A DNA stretch of 63,349 bases, the filler included, from Anaerolineae bacterium (lineage in GTDB: Bacteria > Chloroflexota > Anaerolineae > Epilineales > Epilineaceae), in the NCBI GenBank assembly GCA_029262755.1. It is 7 parts of 7 records of this genome, joined end to end, with 100 filler letters (N's around TTAATTAATTAA, not from the genome) between each part and the next. Parts side by side here need not be neighbours in the genome. Positions count along the whole stretch, not along the records: positions 16,039 to 29,682 come from JAJCYU010000264.1; positions 29,783 to 41,111 come from JAJCYU010000265.1; 5 more parts are not named here. The stretch is one strand, 5' to 3'. Each line of letters opens with the position of its first letter. The stretch's first letter is position 1. Both the position numbers and the translations under genes were made by a program. Shown here piece by piece: positions 26,466-37,602 of this stretch. Below the pieces are notes generated by a model. The model ran no database searches. It was not told the DNA's origin and saw only the letters and a list, made by a program, of their open reading frames with translations.

Positions 26466-27341
26466 GTGGTGAGCGATCGACGGGAGAGCGGGCCGGAGAT
26501 CGATGAGCGGCCTTCGAACGTAGCGCCGCCCGCCGAGTCGCCCCTAGCATCCCCGACCCATGCCGCGCCCGCGCCGCCCGAACTCGAGGACTGCGGCGAT
26601 CAGTTGCGCGCCAACCCGCTGACGGCGATCGAGTTTCAGCGCCGGATCCTTCAGGCACTCGTCGAGGAGCCGGGCATTACGCTTGAATCCGCGCGACCGT
26701 TCACGGCTCGACTGCGCCGCGAAGAGCGTGCGTACACCATCCGGCTCGACGGTGCGTTCCGGCGCTATCGTCACGGCGAGGTGGAGCCCGAACAGGCCGC
26801 CGAAGAGATCAAAGCCGCCTTGGGCGTGCCCGGCATCGACATTCAGCGCGAGGGCCCCTTCCCGCGCTTGGAGCGCCGCGAGAACCTGCCGCCCGGCGTG
26901 TTCGCGTTGGATTGCGATTTCGATCCCGCGCTGGTCGTGTCGTTCGTGTGGGCGTTGCCCTACGGGCTCGTGCCGCTCGAGGAGCACGATGTGGCGCGGG
27001 AGTGGCCGGATCTAAGCGCGCTGTGGAAGCAGGCCCTCGAGCAGCTCGGCCGCCGTACGGAGACCGCCCCGGCCTCCGGCTCGGGCGAAGGCTCCACGCT
27101 ACTGCTGCGCTGGAGCCACGGCGACGGGCTTGATGCCGCGGCCATGCTCCTTCCGGACCTCCGCGCCGAAGCGGCCGGCTGGGTCGAGGGGAGCCTGCTA
27201 ATGGCCGCCCCTGCGCGCGACATGCTGGTGGCCATCGGCGACGCAGATCCGGACCATGTCGCGCGCATCGCCGACGAGGTCCGCGAGGCCTACGAGCGGC
27301 TTCCGGAGCCGATCAGCCCGCGGTTGTACGCCGTAGGGTAG
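26466..27341 (+). CDS. DUF1444/YtpQ-like protein
   Basis: 'GDGLDAAAMLL...AAPARDMLV...PEPISP' resembles the DUF1444 C-terminal motifs. Confidence 0.6.
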   Translation: MVSDRRESGPEIDERPSNVAPPAESPLASPTHAAPAPPELEDCGDQLRANPLTAIEFQRRILQALVEEPGITLESARPFTARLRREERAYTIRLDGAFRRYRHGEVEPEQAAEEIKAALGVPGIDIQREGPFPRLERRENLPPGVFALDCDFDPALVVSFVWALPYGLVPLEEHDVAREWPDLSALWKQALEQLGRRTETAPASGSGEGSTLLLRWSHGDGLDAAAMLLPDLRAEAAGWVEGSLLMAAPARDMLVAIGDADPDHVARIADEVREAYERLPEPISPRLYAVG

Positions 27342-27544
27342 TTGGGCCGGCGGTCACTCGTGCGCCTCGTGTTCTCGTGTCCCTCGTGCGACTTGAGGGC
27401 AGCACACCGTGTCCGGGCCGTGGTGTCGTGGGGTTTGCGTCGCGCGATGTCGCGGTTTCGCAATCTTTCGACCAGGCAGCTACCAAGGGCACCGCTGGGG
27501 TAGTCCAGCGATGGCCGAATAGCGCCCTATTGCTTGATGTGCCC

Positions 27545-29682
27545 TTAGCCCCGCCCGGCTTGAGCCGGCTCCGGGGGGCCACCCGCCTTCATGTCTTCCT
27601 TCATGTGGCACTGCTTGTACTTCTTGCCGCTGTCGCACCAGCAGGGGTCGTTGCGGCCGATTTTGGGCCCGACGCGCACCGTCTGCGGCTTCGTCGCGCC
27701 TGCCTTCTTCGCTTGCGCGAGGAGGTCGCCTCGGCCGGCAACCGCGCGGTCCATCACGCGCGGGCGGCGCTGGGCCTGCTGCTCGGCGGCGGGCTCCGCG
27801 AGGAAGACGCCGCGGATGGCGTTCTCGCCGATGACCCCGAGCAACGATTGGAACATGTGGTAGCCCTCGCGCTTGAAGACCGTGACCGGTTTCTCCTGCG
27901 CCAGCGCGCGCAGACCAATACCGGCGCGCAGCTCGTCCAAGGCGGTCAGGTGGCGGATCCAGGCTTGATCGATGGCGCGCAGCAACACGGCGCGCTCCAT
28001 CTGCAGCATGACGTCCTCGCCGAGGCGCTCGACCTTGGCCACGTAGATGTCGTCGGCTAGGGCCAGGATGTGCTCGCGGATCTCGTCCGGTTGCCACTCG
28101 GCCCAGTCCGCCGGGTCCTCGTCCGCGGGCAGCTCAAAGATCGTGCCGACCACCGTGGCGAGGCCCTCAATGTCCCAGTCTTCCGCCTCTTCGCTGGCGG
28201 TATAGGTGCTCACCAGGAGGCCGATCTCTTCTTCGAGCAGGTCCCAGATAATCGGACGCAGATCATCGCGTCGCAGCACTTCGTCGCGCTGGTTGTAGAT
28301 CAAGTTGCGTTGCTGGTTGATTACCTCGTCGTACTCGAGCAGGTGCTTGCGGGTGTCGAAGTTGAAGCCCTCGACCTTGACCTGGGCGCCTTCGATCTGC
28401 TTAGACACCATGCCGCTCTCGATCGGGAGGTCCGGATCAACCTTGAGCCGGTCCATCAGGCTCTTCACCCGCTCGCCGCCGAAGCGGATCATCAGCTCAT
28501 CTTGAAGGCTGACGAAAAAGCGGCTCTCCCCGGGATCGCCCTGACGGCCGGAGCGGCCGCGTAGCTGGTTGTCGATGCGACGCGCCTCGTGGCGTTCCGT
28601 GCCCAGCACGTACAGTCCCCCGAGTTCGAGCACTTCTTCGCGCTCCGATTGCGTGAGCGCCCATGCGGACTTGAGGGCGGGAACCCAATCTCCTTCGTGG
28701 CGGGTCGCAGGATCTTCGCCGCGGCGCAGCATCTGGACGGCGTCCTCCCACTCCAGCGCGGGCAGCTCCGTGAGGTCCATGCCTCGCTTGCGCAGCTCGC
28801 CGCGGGCCATGCCCTCCGGGTTGCCGCCGAGCAGAATGTCGACGCCGCGGCCGGCCATGTTCGTCGCGATGGTCACGGAGCCGATGCGCCCGGCCTGGGC
28901 GATGATCTCGGCTTCACGCTCATGGTTCTTGGCGTTGAGCACTTCGTGGCGGACGCCCTTGCGCGTCAAGCGCTTGTGGAGCATCTCGCTGGTCTCGACC
29001 GCGACGGTGCCAACCAGCACCGGTTGCCCTGCCTCGTGCCGCTCCGCGATCTCATCCACAACCGCGCGCCATTTGGCGTCGCGTTCGATGTAGACCAGAT
29101 CGGATTGGTCCAGGCGGACGATCGGGCGGTGGGTCGGTACGGCCACAACATTGAGGCCGTAGATCAGGTGCAGCTCTTCCATCTCGGTCACCGCTGTACC
29201 CGTCATGCCGGCCAGCTTTTCGTACATGCGGAACAGATTCTGGAACGTGATGGTGGCCAGGGTCAGCGACTCGCGCTGGACCCGCACGCCTTCCTTGGCC
29301 TCGATCGCTTGATGCAGGCCTTCCGAGAAGCGCCGTCCCGGCATCAGGCGGCCGGTGAACTCGTCGACGATGACGACCTCGCCCTCGTCCGTGACGATGT
29401 ACTCCTTGTCCTTCTCGAATAGCGCCCGTGCTTTCAAGGCGTTCTCGAAGTACGGCGTCAGTTGGTAGTGCTCGGCGCTGTACATGTTGTCGATGCCGAG
29501 CATCTGCTCGATTTTCTCGATGCCGTCGTCGGTGGGGGTGACGTTCTTCATTTTCAGGTCGATCTTGAAATCGCCCGGATGTGCTTCGTCGACTTCCGGA
29601 CGCAGGCGCGTGACCATCTCTGCGAAGCGCCCGTACCAGTCGGTCGCCTCCTCGGCGGGACCGGAGATGATCAACGGCGTTC
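27545..29682 (-). CDS. secA: Preprotein translocase subunit SecA (5' truncated)
   Basis: IVDEFTGRLMPGRRFSEGLHQAIEAKE, ATNMAGRGVDI, RIDNQLRGRSGRQGDPG, SEC-C motif GRNDPCWCDSGKKYKQCH. Confidence 0.98.
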
Positions 29683-29782
29683 NNNNNNNNNNNNNNNNNN
29701 NNNNNNNNNNNNNNNNNNNNNNNNNNTTAATTAATTAANNNNNNNNNNNNNNNNNNNNNNNNNNNNNNNNNNNNNNNNNNNN
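29683..29782. other. Artificial linker
   Basis: N/TTAATTAATTAA/N. Confidence 0.98.
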
Positions 29783-30803
29783 ACACCGTCCCCGCGATAC
29801 CCAAGGTGGCCCAGTCCCGTCGCGGCCCCGGCCGGAACATCCGGGTTCGTTGCGATCGTGAGGTCGTGGCAGCCAGCCGGCGATCGTTCGAGGTCGAGCC
29901 GGCCGTCTCGCGCCCTTGCGACGTGCTACGGTCGCCCGCCCCCCGTCCCAACCGCCGCCCCGTTCGCCGGGTCCACGCCCGCCACGCAGCGTGCGCCACG
30001 AGGACCAGCGGCAGCAATCGCCCGCTCGGATGGCTCCACACCGCTCCGGCCAAACACACCCCGCACAGGCCCGCCCACGCCCACCAAGCGATTCTCGATC
30101 GCGACCCGTCGACGATCTCACCGGGCACCCTTCGCCGGCCATCATGACGTGCGTCCGACGATCGAACGCCGACCGCACGGTCCGCGCCCGCTCGACCGTC
30201 CACCGCCCGCGTCGCCATCCACCACGCGCCTACGGCGGCCGTCGCCCACAAGGGGGCGAGGATGGCGCGGATCGCGTAGCGGCTGAAGTGCAGGTGCCAG
30301 GGGCTGAACGCCAGGAAGACCGCCGACCACCAGCCGATCATCCGATTGCCGAGCAAGCGCCCGAGCACCACGCTGCCGAGCGCGATCGTGGTCAAGCCCG
30401 CGAAGGCGCTGACCAGGCGCATCGCGAGCACCGGATGGTCGCGGCCGAGACCGGCCAGCAGGGGCGCGTGCAGCCACGTGAGGAGCACCTCGCGGCCCCC
30501 GTTGTCCGGCAGGAAGAGCGCGCGCTGGCCGTCGAGCATGCGAGCGGCATCGATCGCGTTGTGGGCCTCGTCGAATTGGAAGCCGGGCGGCACGACGCCG
30601 AGCATCACGGTCCGCAGCAAGGCGGCGATGAGCAGCACGACCGCGGGGAGCATGACGTCCCAGAGCTGCGCGACCGAGACGCCGCGGGACGATGTCGAGT
30701 CGGCGTGCTGGTGCGATCGCGCGGGTTCCGGGGGGCTGCCCTGGTTTCCCGGCCCGGATCGATCCGCTGTCCGCCCCTCCCGACCCGCCACGTCAGCGCC
30801 CAC
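29783..30803 (-). CDS. ArnT/PMT-like (GT-C) glycosyltransferase (3' truncated)
   Basis: 'PPGFQFDEAHNAIDA...FLPDNGGREVL', 'WHLHFSRYAIRAIL'; TM helices; start uncertain. Confidence 0.8.
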
Positions 30804-33800
30804 CCACGTCGAGCGTCGCGACGGGCTCGAGCACCCGGCCCGCGTCGCTCGGAACGTCGACGATGGTGCCGGTTGCGTCGCCTTCCGCGCCCTCCGCGCC
30901 CGCCGTAGCCGCAGAATCGCCCCCTCCTCGCGCATACCAGCCGACGAGCACCGAACGCGTATCGCCCGACGAAGGCGTGCCGCCCGACGATCGCGCGCCG
31001 CCGCCGTTGCCGCTACCCCTGTCGTCGCCATCACCGCCGTCGCCGCCCCCACCCTCCGGCGCGAACGCGAGCCACGTGCGTAGCAGCACGATCTCGCCGG
31101 CACGCCAGCGGTCGGTCGGATAGACCCCACCCAGCGGCGGCGCGTCCACTTGGGCGATAGCCGTCCCATCGCCATCGCCGTCGACGACCCGCGTGGTGAG
31201 CGTGAGCGGCGCCTCGGTCGGCCCCGCGACACGCCAGCCCAACGTCAGCCAGACGCCGCGTTCCGGCAGCGCGCCGCGTTCGGGCGACTCGCCTCGTTCC
31301 AGCGACTGGCCGCGCGTAGCTTCCCCTTCCACGCCTTCGTCCACGCCTTCGTCCACGCCTTCGTCCGCGCCAACGCCTGCGCCAACGCCTGCGCCCTCGA
31401 TGGCGTCCTCGCCCTCTCCCACGCCCGATCCCTCGCTCTCGCCATCTCCCGTACCCGCTCTCGCGCTCACGCCCGAGCCCTCCTCGACGCCCTCTCCCTC
31501 GCCGGCGCCCTCGCCCCCTGCCTCGTCCACGCCACCGCCACCGCCTCCGCCTCCATCCCCATCCCCATCACCCACGCCGCTCGAGATCGCGACGTGCACC
31601 AGCTCGAGCGGGCCGAAGCGGACCGGCGACGGTGGCGCTTGCAAGTCGCTCGCGCGCATCCGGACGATGCGGCCGGTGTAGCCCAACGCGGATTGGTCGC
31701 GTTCGTCCACGGAGATGGCGACGCCGCGAGTCGGGCCGGCCTCACCTGCCCACGTCTCGACCAGCACGCGCGGCATGAGGTCGGTTGCGATGCGATCGGC
31801 GAAGAGGTACAGGCCTTCGAGGACCGGTTCGGGGCGATCGGGCAGCACCACGGAGCGCAGGACGAGCCCGGTATCGGCGTCGACGCCGGCCACGTATACC
31901 GCACTCGACGCCCGCACGCTCGGGTGGGCGGCCATCTCGGGCGAAAGGTATACGGCCTTGCCCGCCTGCCAGGCCTCACCGGCCAAGCGGCCGAGCCGCG
32001 CCAGATCGGCGTCGAAGGCGATGGGCGTCTCCGGGTGATCGGCCCACGTCACGAAGTAGTCCCGCGCCGCGGCTTCCCCTGCGCGCAGCGGCACGATGAT
32101 CACCAGCGCCATCGCCGCGAACCATCCGAGTCGAGCACTGGACCCGCTGCGCGTCCAAGCTCGTCGACTACCCAGCGACCCGCCGTCCCGCATACCTGCC
32201 GATGCAACGTCCGGCGAACTCGGCGACCCGCCGTCCCGCATACCTGCCGATGCAACGTCCGGCGAACCCGGCGGCCCGCCGTCCCGCGCACCTGCCGATG
32301 CGACGTCCGGCGAACCCAGCGGCCCGCCGTCCCGCGCACGCGTCGGCCCGACGCTGCGCGCCCCGCCGTCATCCGCGCTCCCAATGCCGCGATCTCCACC
32401 CAAGCCTGCCCCCAAGCCCTCGCCCCAATCCACGATGCGGCCGGCGATCGCGCCGAGGGCGATCGCCGGAAAGGCGAAGATCACGGGCAGGACGCCGATG
32501 GCGCGCGAGAAATTGGGTGCCTGGTCGGCCAAGGCGGCCGGTGCGAGGAGGACGGCCAGCCAGGCCACCGCCAGCGCGGGGCCGCGCTCGCCGCGACCCG
32601 CGGCGCGCACGCACATCCACAGTCCTCCGAGGAAGAGCAGGCCGGTGAGGCCGTCGAAGACCGGTCGGCCGGGCAGGTTGCGCCAGCGCGCGGGGTCGCC
32701 GGCGACGTGGAACATGCCTACGACGTGCGCAATGTTGGCCGCCAGCCCACCCGGCCCCCCGCCGAGCACGGACACCTCGCTTGCGTGGCCGAGGAAGAAA
32801 CCGGGATGCCGCAACCACCACGCGATCGCCGGCAGCGCGACGACCAACGCCACGATCGTAGCGACGCCAAGGGCGCGCGCGATCACGGCGATGCGCAACT
32901 CGCTTTCGACTCCCGCGCGCTCGTCCGCCGGTGCCGGCGCCCCCGCTGACATTCCCGCGCCCTCCGCGACGTCGCTCGCACCGCCCGCCGCCCATCGCGC
33001 GAAGCCGTCATCGTCCTGTTCGCCCGTGTCCTCCCGGTCCCCGTCCGCACCGCCCCGCGCCCGCCACGAGCGCCATGCGAGCCACGCTGCATGCACGGCG
33101 GGGAGCGCGAGCAGCCCGCGGCCGGCCGGATGGCTGTACACCGCAAGACCGAGCGCTACGCCGCACGCGACCGCCCATCCGTCGCGCGCAGAGAGCCGCC
33201 AGCCTCGGCCACCTTCCGGATCGTGACCATCCTGCGTTGGACGTCGACCCTCCGCTGCCCGCTTACCCTCCACTTCCGCCTCTGAACGCCCGCTCTTCGC
33301 ATCCCTTTTACCCCCGGCGCCCTTTCCTCGCTCCGCCATGCCTTCCCGTGCCGTGCCCCCACCTTTCGTGCCCCCACCCTCCGTCGCGCGCAGCCAAAGC
33401 AACACCACCGCGGAGACGAACAGTGGGAAGGTGATGGCGCGGATGCCGAAGCGACCGAAGTGGAGGGTCCAGTAGCTGCCGGCGGTCAGCGCGGCGCAGG
33501 GTAGGCCCACCCACGCACGGGGTACGCCGCGCGGGGCGAGCGCGCGGCCGACGGCCCATGCCAGCGGCACGAGCGCAGACGCGGCCAGGGCGCTTGCGGC
33601 GCGGGCGACGCCGAGGCTGTCGCCGAAGACGGCGAGCAGCGCGGACTGGAGGTAGGTGTAGAGGACCTCGCGGCCGGCGTTGTCGGGGAGGAAGATCGGG
33701 CGCCAGCCCTCGAGCACGCGGCGCGCGTCGAGCAGGTTCCAGGCTTCGTCGACGTGCGGACCGGGCGGGAGCACGTCGAGGCGCCACAGACGTAGTCCAA

Positions 33801-33885
33801 GCGCGATGAGGGTCAGCAGCGCCAGCATCGCCCATTCGGCGCGCCCGGGCCGCGCGCGGTGCGAGGAAGCGCGACCGTCGCTCAT
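30793..33885 (-). CDS. ArnT/PMT-like (GT-C) glycosyltransferase with low-complexity inserts and an extracellular C-terminal domain
   Basis: 'PPGPHVDEAWNLLDA...FLPDNAGREVLY', 'WTLHFGRFGIRAITFP', 'RNLPGRPVFD', 'YPTDRWRAGE'; GAGGAG SD. Confidence 0.85.
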   Translation of the reverse strand: MSDGRASSHRARPGRAEWAMLALLTLIALGLRLWRLDVLPPGPHVDEAWNLLDARRVLEGWRPIFLPDNAGREVLYTYLQSALLAVFGDSLGVARAASALAASALVPLAWAVGRALAPRGVPRAWVGLPCAALTAGSYWTLHFGRFGIRAITFPLFVSAVVLLWLRATEGGGTKGGGTAREGMAERGKGAGGKRDAKSGRSEAEVEGKRAAEGRRPTQDGHDPEGGRGWRLSARDGWAVACGVALGLAVYSHPAGRGLLALPAVHAAWLAWRSWRARGGADGDREDTGEQDDDGFARWAAGGASDVAEGAGMSAGAPAPADERAGVESELRIAVIARALGVATIVALVVALPAIAWWLRHPGFFLGHASEVSVLGGGPGGLAANIAHVVGMFHVAGDPARWRNLPGRPVFDGLTGLLFLGGLWMCVRAAGRGERGPALAVAWLAVLLAPAALADQAPNFSRAIGVLPVIFAFPAIALGAIAGRIVDWGEGLGAGLGGDRGIGSADDGGARSVGPTRARDGGPLGSPDVASAGARDGGPPGSPDVASAGMRDGGSPSSPDVASAGMRDGGSLGSRRAWTRSGSSARLGWFAAMALVIIVPLRAGEAAARDYFVTWADHPETPIAFDADLARLGRLAGEAWQAGKAVYLSPEMAAHPSVRASSAVYVAGVDADTGLVLRSVVLPDRPEPVLEGLYLFADRIATDLMPRVLVETWAGEAGPTRGVAISVDERDQSALGYTGRIVRMRASDLQAPPSPVRFGPLELVHVAISSGVGDGDGDGGGGGGGGVDEAGGEGAGEGEGVEEGSGVSARAGTGDGESEGSGVGEGEDAIEGAGVGAGVGADEGVDEGVDEGVEGEATRGQSLERGESPERGALPERGVWLTLGWRVAGPTEAPLTLTTRVVDGDGDGTAIAQVDAPPLGGVYPTDRWRAGEIVLLRTWLAFAPEGGGGDGGDGDDRGSGNGGGARSSGGTPSSGDTRSVLVGWYARGGGDSAATAGAEGAEGDATGTIVDVPSDAGRVLEPVATLDVGGR
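32171..32338. repeat. 48-bp tandem repeat, ~3.5 copies, in-frame (RDGGxxxSPDVASAGx)
   Basis: Units begin at about 32175, 32223, 32271 and 32319. Confidence 0.9.
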
Positions 33886-33980
33886 GCGGCTCCTCTTGGT
33901 TGGGGGCCACGGTGGCCCTAGGGGCCATGTGGGCCATAGGGTCGGGGCGGCGCGTGGCCGGCGGGCCGGCCGGTACGAAG

Positions 33981-34054
33981 TGGGCGGAGAGGGACTCGAA
34001 CCCCCGACTTCCTCGGTGTAAGCGAGGCGCTCTAACCAGCTGAGCTATCCGCCC
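33981..34054 (-). tRNA. tRNA-Val(TAC), CCA not encoded
   Basis: GGGCGGA/TCCGCCC acceptor stem, GCTC/GAGC D-arm, CCTCG-CTTACAC-CGAGG anticodon arm, GGTTCGAGTCC T-loop; discriminator A followed by CTT. Confidence 0.96.
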
Positions 34055-34240
34055 TAATCTAGCAACACGCGCGCAGGCCGTTCGATCGATTTCCGTCGGC
34101 TTCGAACGATGCGACGCAAGATTAGGCGCGACATTGTACGACGCAGCCCGAGTAGCGGCCAAGCCGCCGCAATCGAGGCAAGCGTTGGATGAGCGTGGGG
34201 TAAACGGCGGGCAGGGAGGCCGCTATGGGCTGGAATCGAC

Positions 34241-34269
34241 TTGCGCACCCCCATAGCGCCCGTTATCAT
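34241..34269 (+). promoter_or_regulatory. Sigma70-type promoter for the LysM-glycosidase gene
   Basis: TTGCGC-17 bp-TATCAT. Confidence 0.6.
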
Positions 34270-34439
34270 CGCGCCGGCTTCGCCGTGAAATGCGGTGACG
34301 CCCGCGACGGTCACCCCCCTGCCCTCGACCGTCCGACGCACCGGCGAAAACGCCGGTGACCCCCCGCAGCCGCCGGCCCCATCCGGGGCCTACTCGGCTG
34401 CCTTATGAGCTGAATAGCCCGAATCGAGGAGGAGCATCC

Positions 34440-35792
<1,353 letters not shown>

Positions 35793-35952
35793 GAAGGCAT
35801 CCCGGAGGCGTAGCGCAGGGCACATTACTCGCCCGAAGTCGATGCGCCGAGGTGCCGGGACGAATGAAGGTAGAATACCGGGGGGTCGCGCGATTACGTG
35901 CGACCCCCCGCGCCGTGCCCGGCAATGCTGGGCGGCTGAGCTGGAGGGGACA

Positions 35953-37602
35953 GTGGGGGACGATCACGTCGATCCAACCGTGATGCGATCCGCAGAGGAT
36001 CCGCAGGCGTACGCGTCACTGCCCGATCCTTGGGGTCTGGCATACACCATGGGCTGCGCCCTCGTCCTCCTGTTGGCTTTCATGACCGTCATGGTCCTCA
36101 CCGGCTGCGCCGGCCCGACGCCCACGCCGCCCCCCGCGCCCACGTCGCCGCCGCCCGTCGTCCGCGACGCCGGCGCGAGCGCGCCCCCCGCGCCCACCGT
36201 CCGGCCGACACCGCGCCCGCTCCGCGTCACGACCGCGCCGCTCTCCGACGACGCCCCGACGCGCCCCGGCGAGCCGGATTGGCGCGGCGCCGACGTGCTC
36301 GCCGGCCCCTGGTCGCCCGACGGAAGCGTGCTCATCGCGTACCGCATCGTGCGCCAGGACCCGCTGCACGGGCCCATCGGCCGCGTCGCGGTCGTCGATA
36401 CGCGGCGCGCTCTCGAAACGGACGGAGCAGAGTCCGGCGTCGGATCCGACGCCAACGACGCGAGTCCCGCGGATGACCTCGTCGCGCCCTCCCCGCGCTG
36501 GGAGACCGGCGACGTGCAAGGCGTGATCGGCCGCGAATCGCCGGCCGACTGGCGCGCGGACGGCACGCTCATCTTGGCCCGTGCCGACCGCCCGTTCGTG
36601 GACGCGGACGGCGCCGTGGTGGCCGAGGTGGCCGGCGGCTTCGGGGTCCAGGTGCGGCAGGTCGATGTGGCGCCCAACGGCCGTAGCGCCCTGATCGCCG
36701 CACGGGATCGGGCGTGGATTCTGGATCCGGACGGCCTCCTGCGCCCCGTGTCCGGCCTCGGCGCCGGCGAGCTCGGCGGCTGGGACTGGCGCTTCGACGG
36801 CGGCGCGCTCGCGTTGAGCGTGGCAGGCGACGGCGTGTACGTCATCGACGCCGCGACCGGGCAGGCCCGCCCGCGCATCGCCGCCGCGCCGGACCCGGAG
36901 GACGCGCCCCCCGGCCCGCCGCCCGCGCCGCGCTGGCTGGCCGATGGCCGTCTGCTGCTCCCGGTGCCGATCGGCTCCCCCGGCGCAGGCGGTCTGGCCC
37001 TCGGCATCGCGGATCCCGCACCCGACGGCACGGGCGGCGGCGCGCTGCACACCTTGCTCGGCCTGCCGCCCAACCCCGAGATGCCGCTCGACGCCTCCGG
37101 ATGGGTGTCGCCGGACGGCCGCTACATCGTGTACCCGCAGGTGGATCGCGGCCGCAACGGCGCAGAAATCGTGGCCCAATGGCTCTGGGACGTCTCCGCC
37201 GGCGCTTCGGCGGGTCTGGCGCCTTTCGGGGAACCGAATTGGGGGCCGGATGGTCGCCGCTTCGCGCTGATCGAGGACGGCGGCCTCCGGGTCGTCGACG
37301 CGGCCGAGGCCATGGCGACGACAAGCGACGCGTCGTATACGCCGCGCGAGATTCTCCCCGCCGGCAGCGGCGTCTCGCGGATCAACTGGTCGCGCGACGG
37401 TGCATGGATCGTATACGCCGGATCCGATGGCGCTGCGTGGCTCGTCGCGTCGGACGGCGGCGCGGGACCCGCGCGCATCGGCGAAGGCACCTGGGACGGC
37501 GACGCGACGTGGTCGCCCGGCGGCGATCGCTTCGCGCTGGCGCTGCGCGCCCCCGAAGGCCCGGCCCGGCTCACGATCGCCCGTTTCGAGATCGGCCGAT
37601 GA
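35953..37602 (+). CDS. Putative lipoprotein with a TolB/PD40-like beta-propeller
   Basis: Lipobox-like VLTGC, Pro/Thr linker, repeated WSPDG/WSRDG motifs; start uncertain. Confidence 0.75.
   Translation: MGDDHVDPTVMRSAEDPQAYASLPDPWGLAYTMGCALVLLLAFMTVMVLTGCAGPTPTPPPAPTSPPPVVRDAGASAPPAPTVRPTPRPLRVTTAPLSDDAPTRPGEPDWRGADVLAGPWSPDGSVLIAYRIVRQDPLHGPIGRVAVVDTRRALETDGAESGVGSDANDASPADDLVAPSPRWETGDVQGVIGRESPADWRADGTLILARADRPFVDADGAVVAEVAGGFGVQVRQVDVAPNGRSALIAARDRAWILDPDGLLRPVSGLGAGELGGWDWRFDGGALALSVAGDGVYVIDAATGQARPRIAAAPDPEDAPPGPPPAPRWLADGRLLLPVPIGSPGAGGLALGIADPAPDGTGGGALHTLLGLPPNPEMPLDASGWVSPDGRYIVYPQVDRGRNGAEIVAQWLWDVSAGASAGLAPFGEPNWGPDGRRFALIEDGGLRVVDAAEAMATTSDASYTPREILPAGSGVSRINWSRDGAWIVYAGSDGAAWLVASDGGAGPARIGEGTWDGDATWSPGGDRFALALRAPEGPARLTIARFEIGR

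Noticed and set aside
32171..32338. Possible CRISPR array
   Set aside because: Contiguous in-frame coding repeats with no unique spacers; no cas genes or repeat-spacer array seen in the window.
31150..32949. 599-aa plus-strand ORF
   Set aside because: Antisense shadow of the glycosyltransferase; Arg/Ala/Pro-rich with no motifs.
33981..34054. tRNA as an integration site for an island
   Set aside because: No integrase or duplicated tRNA 3' end nearby.
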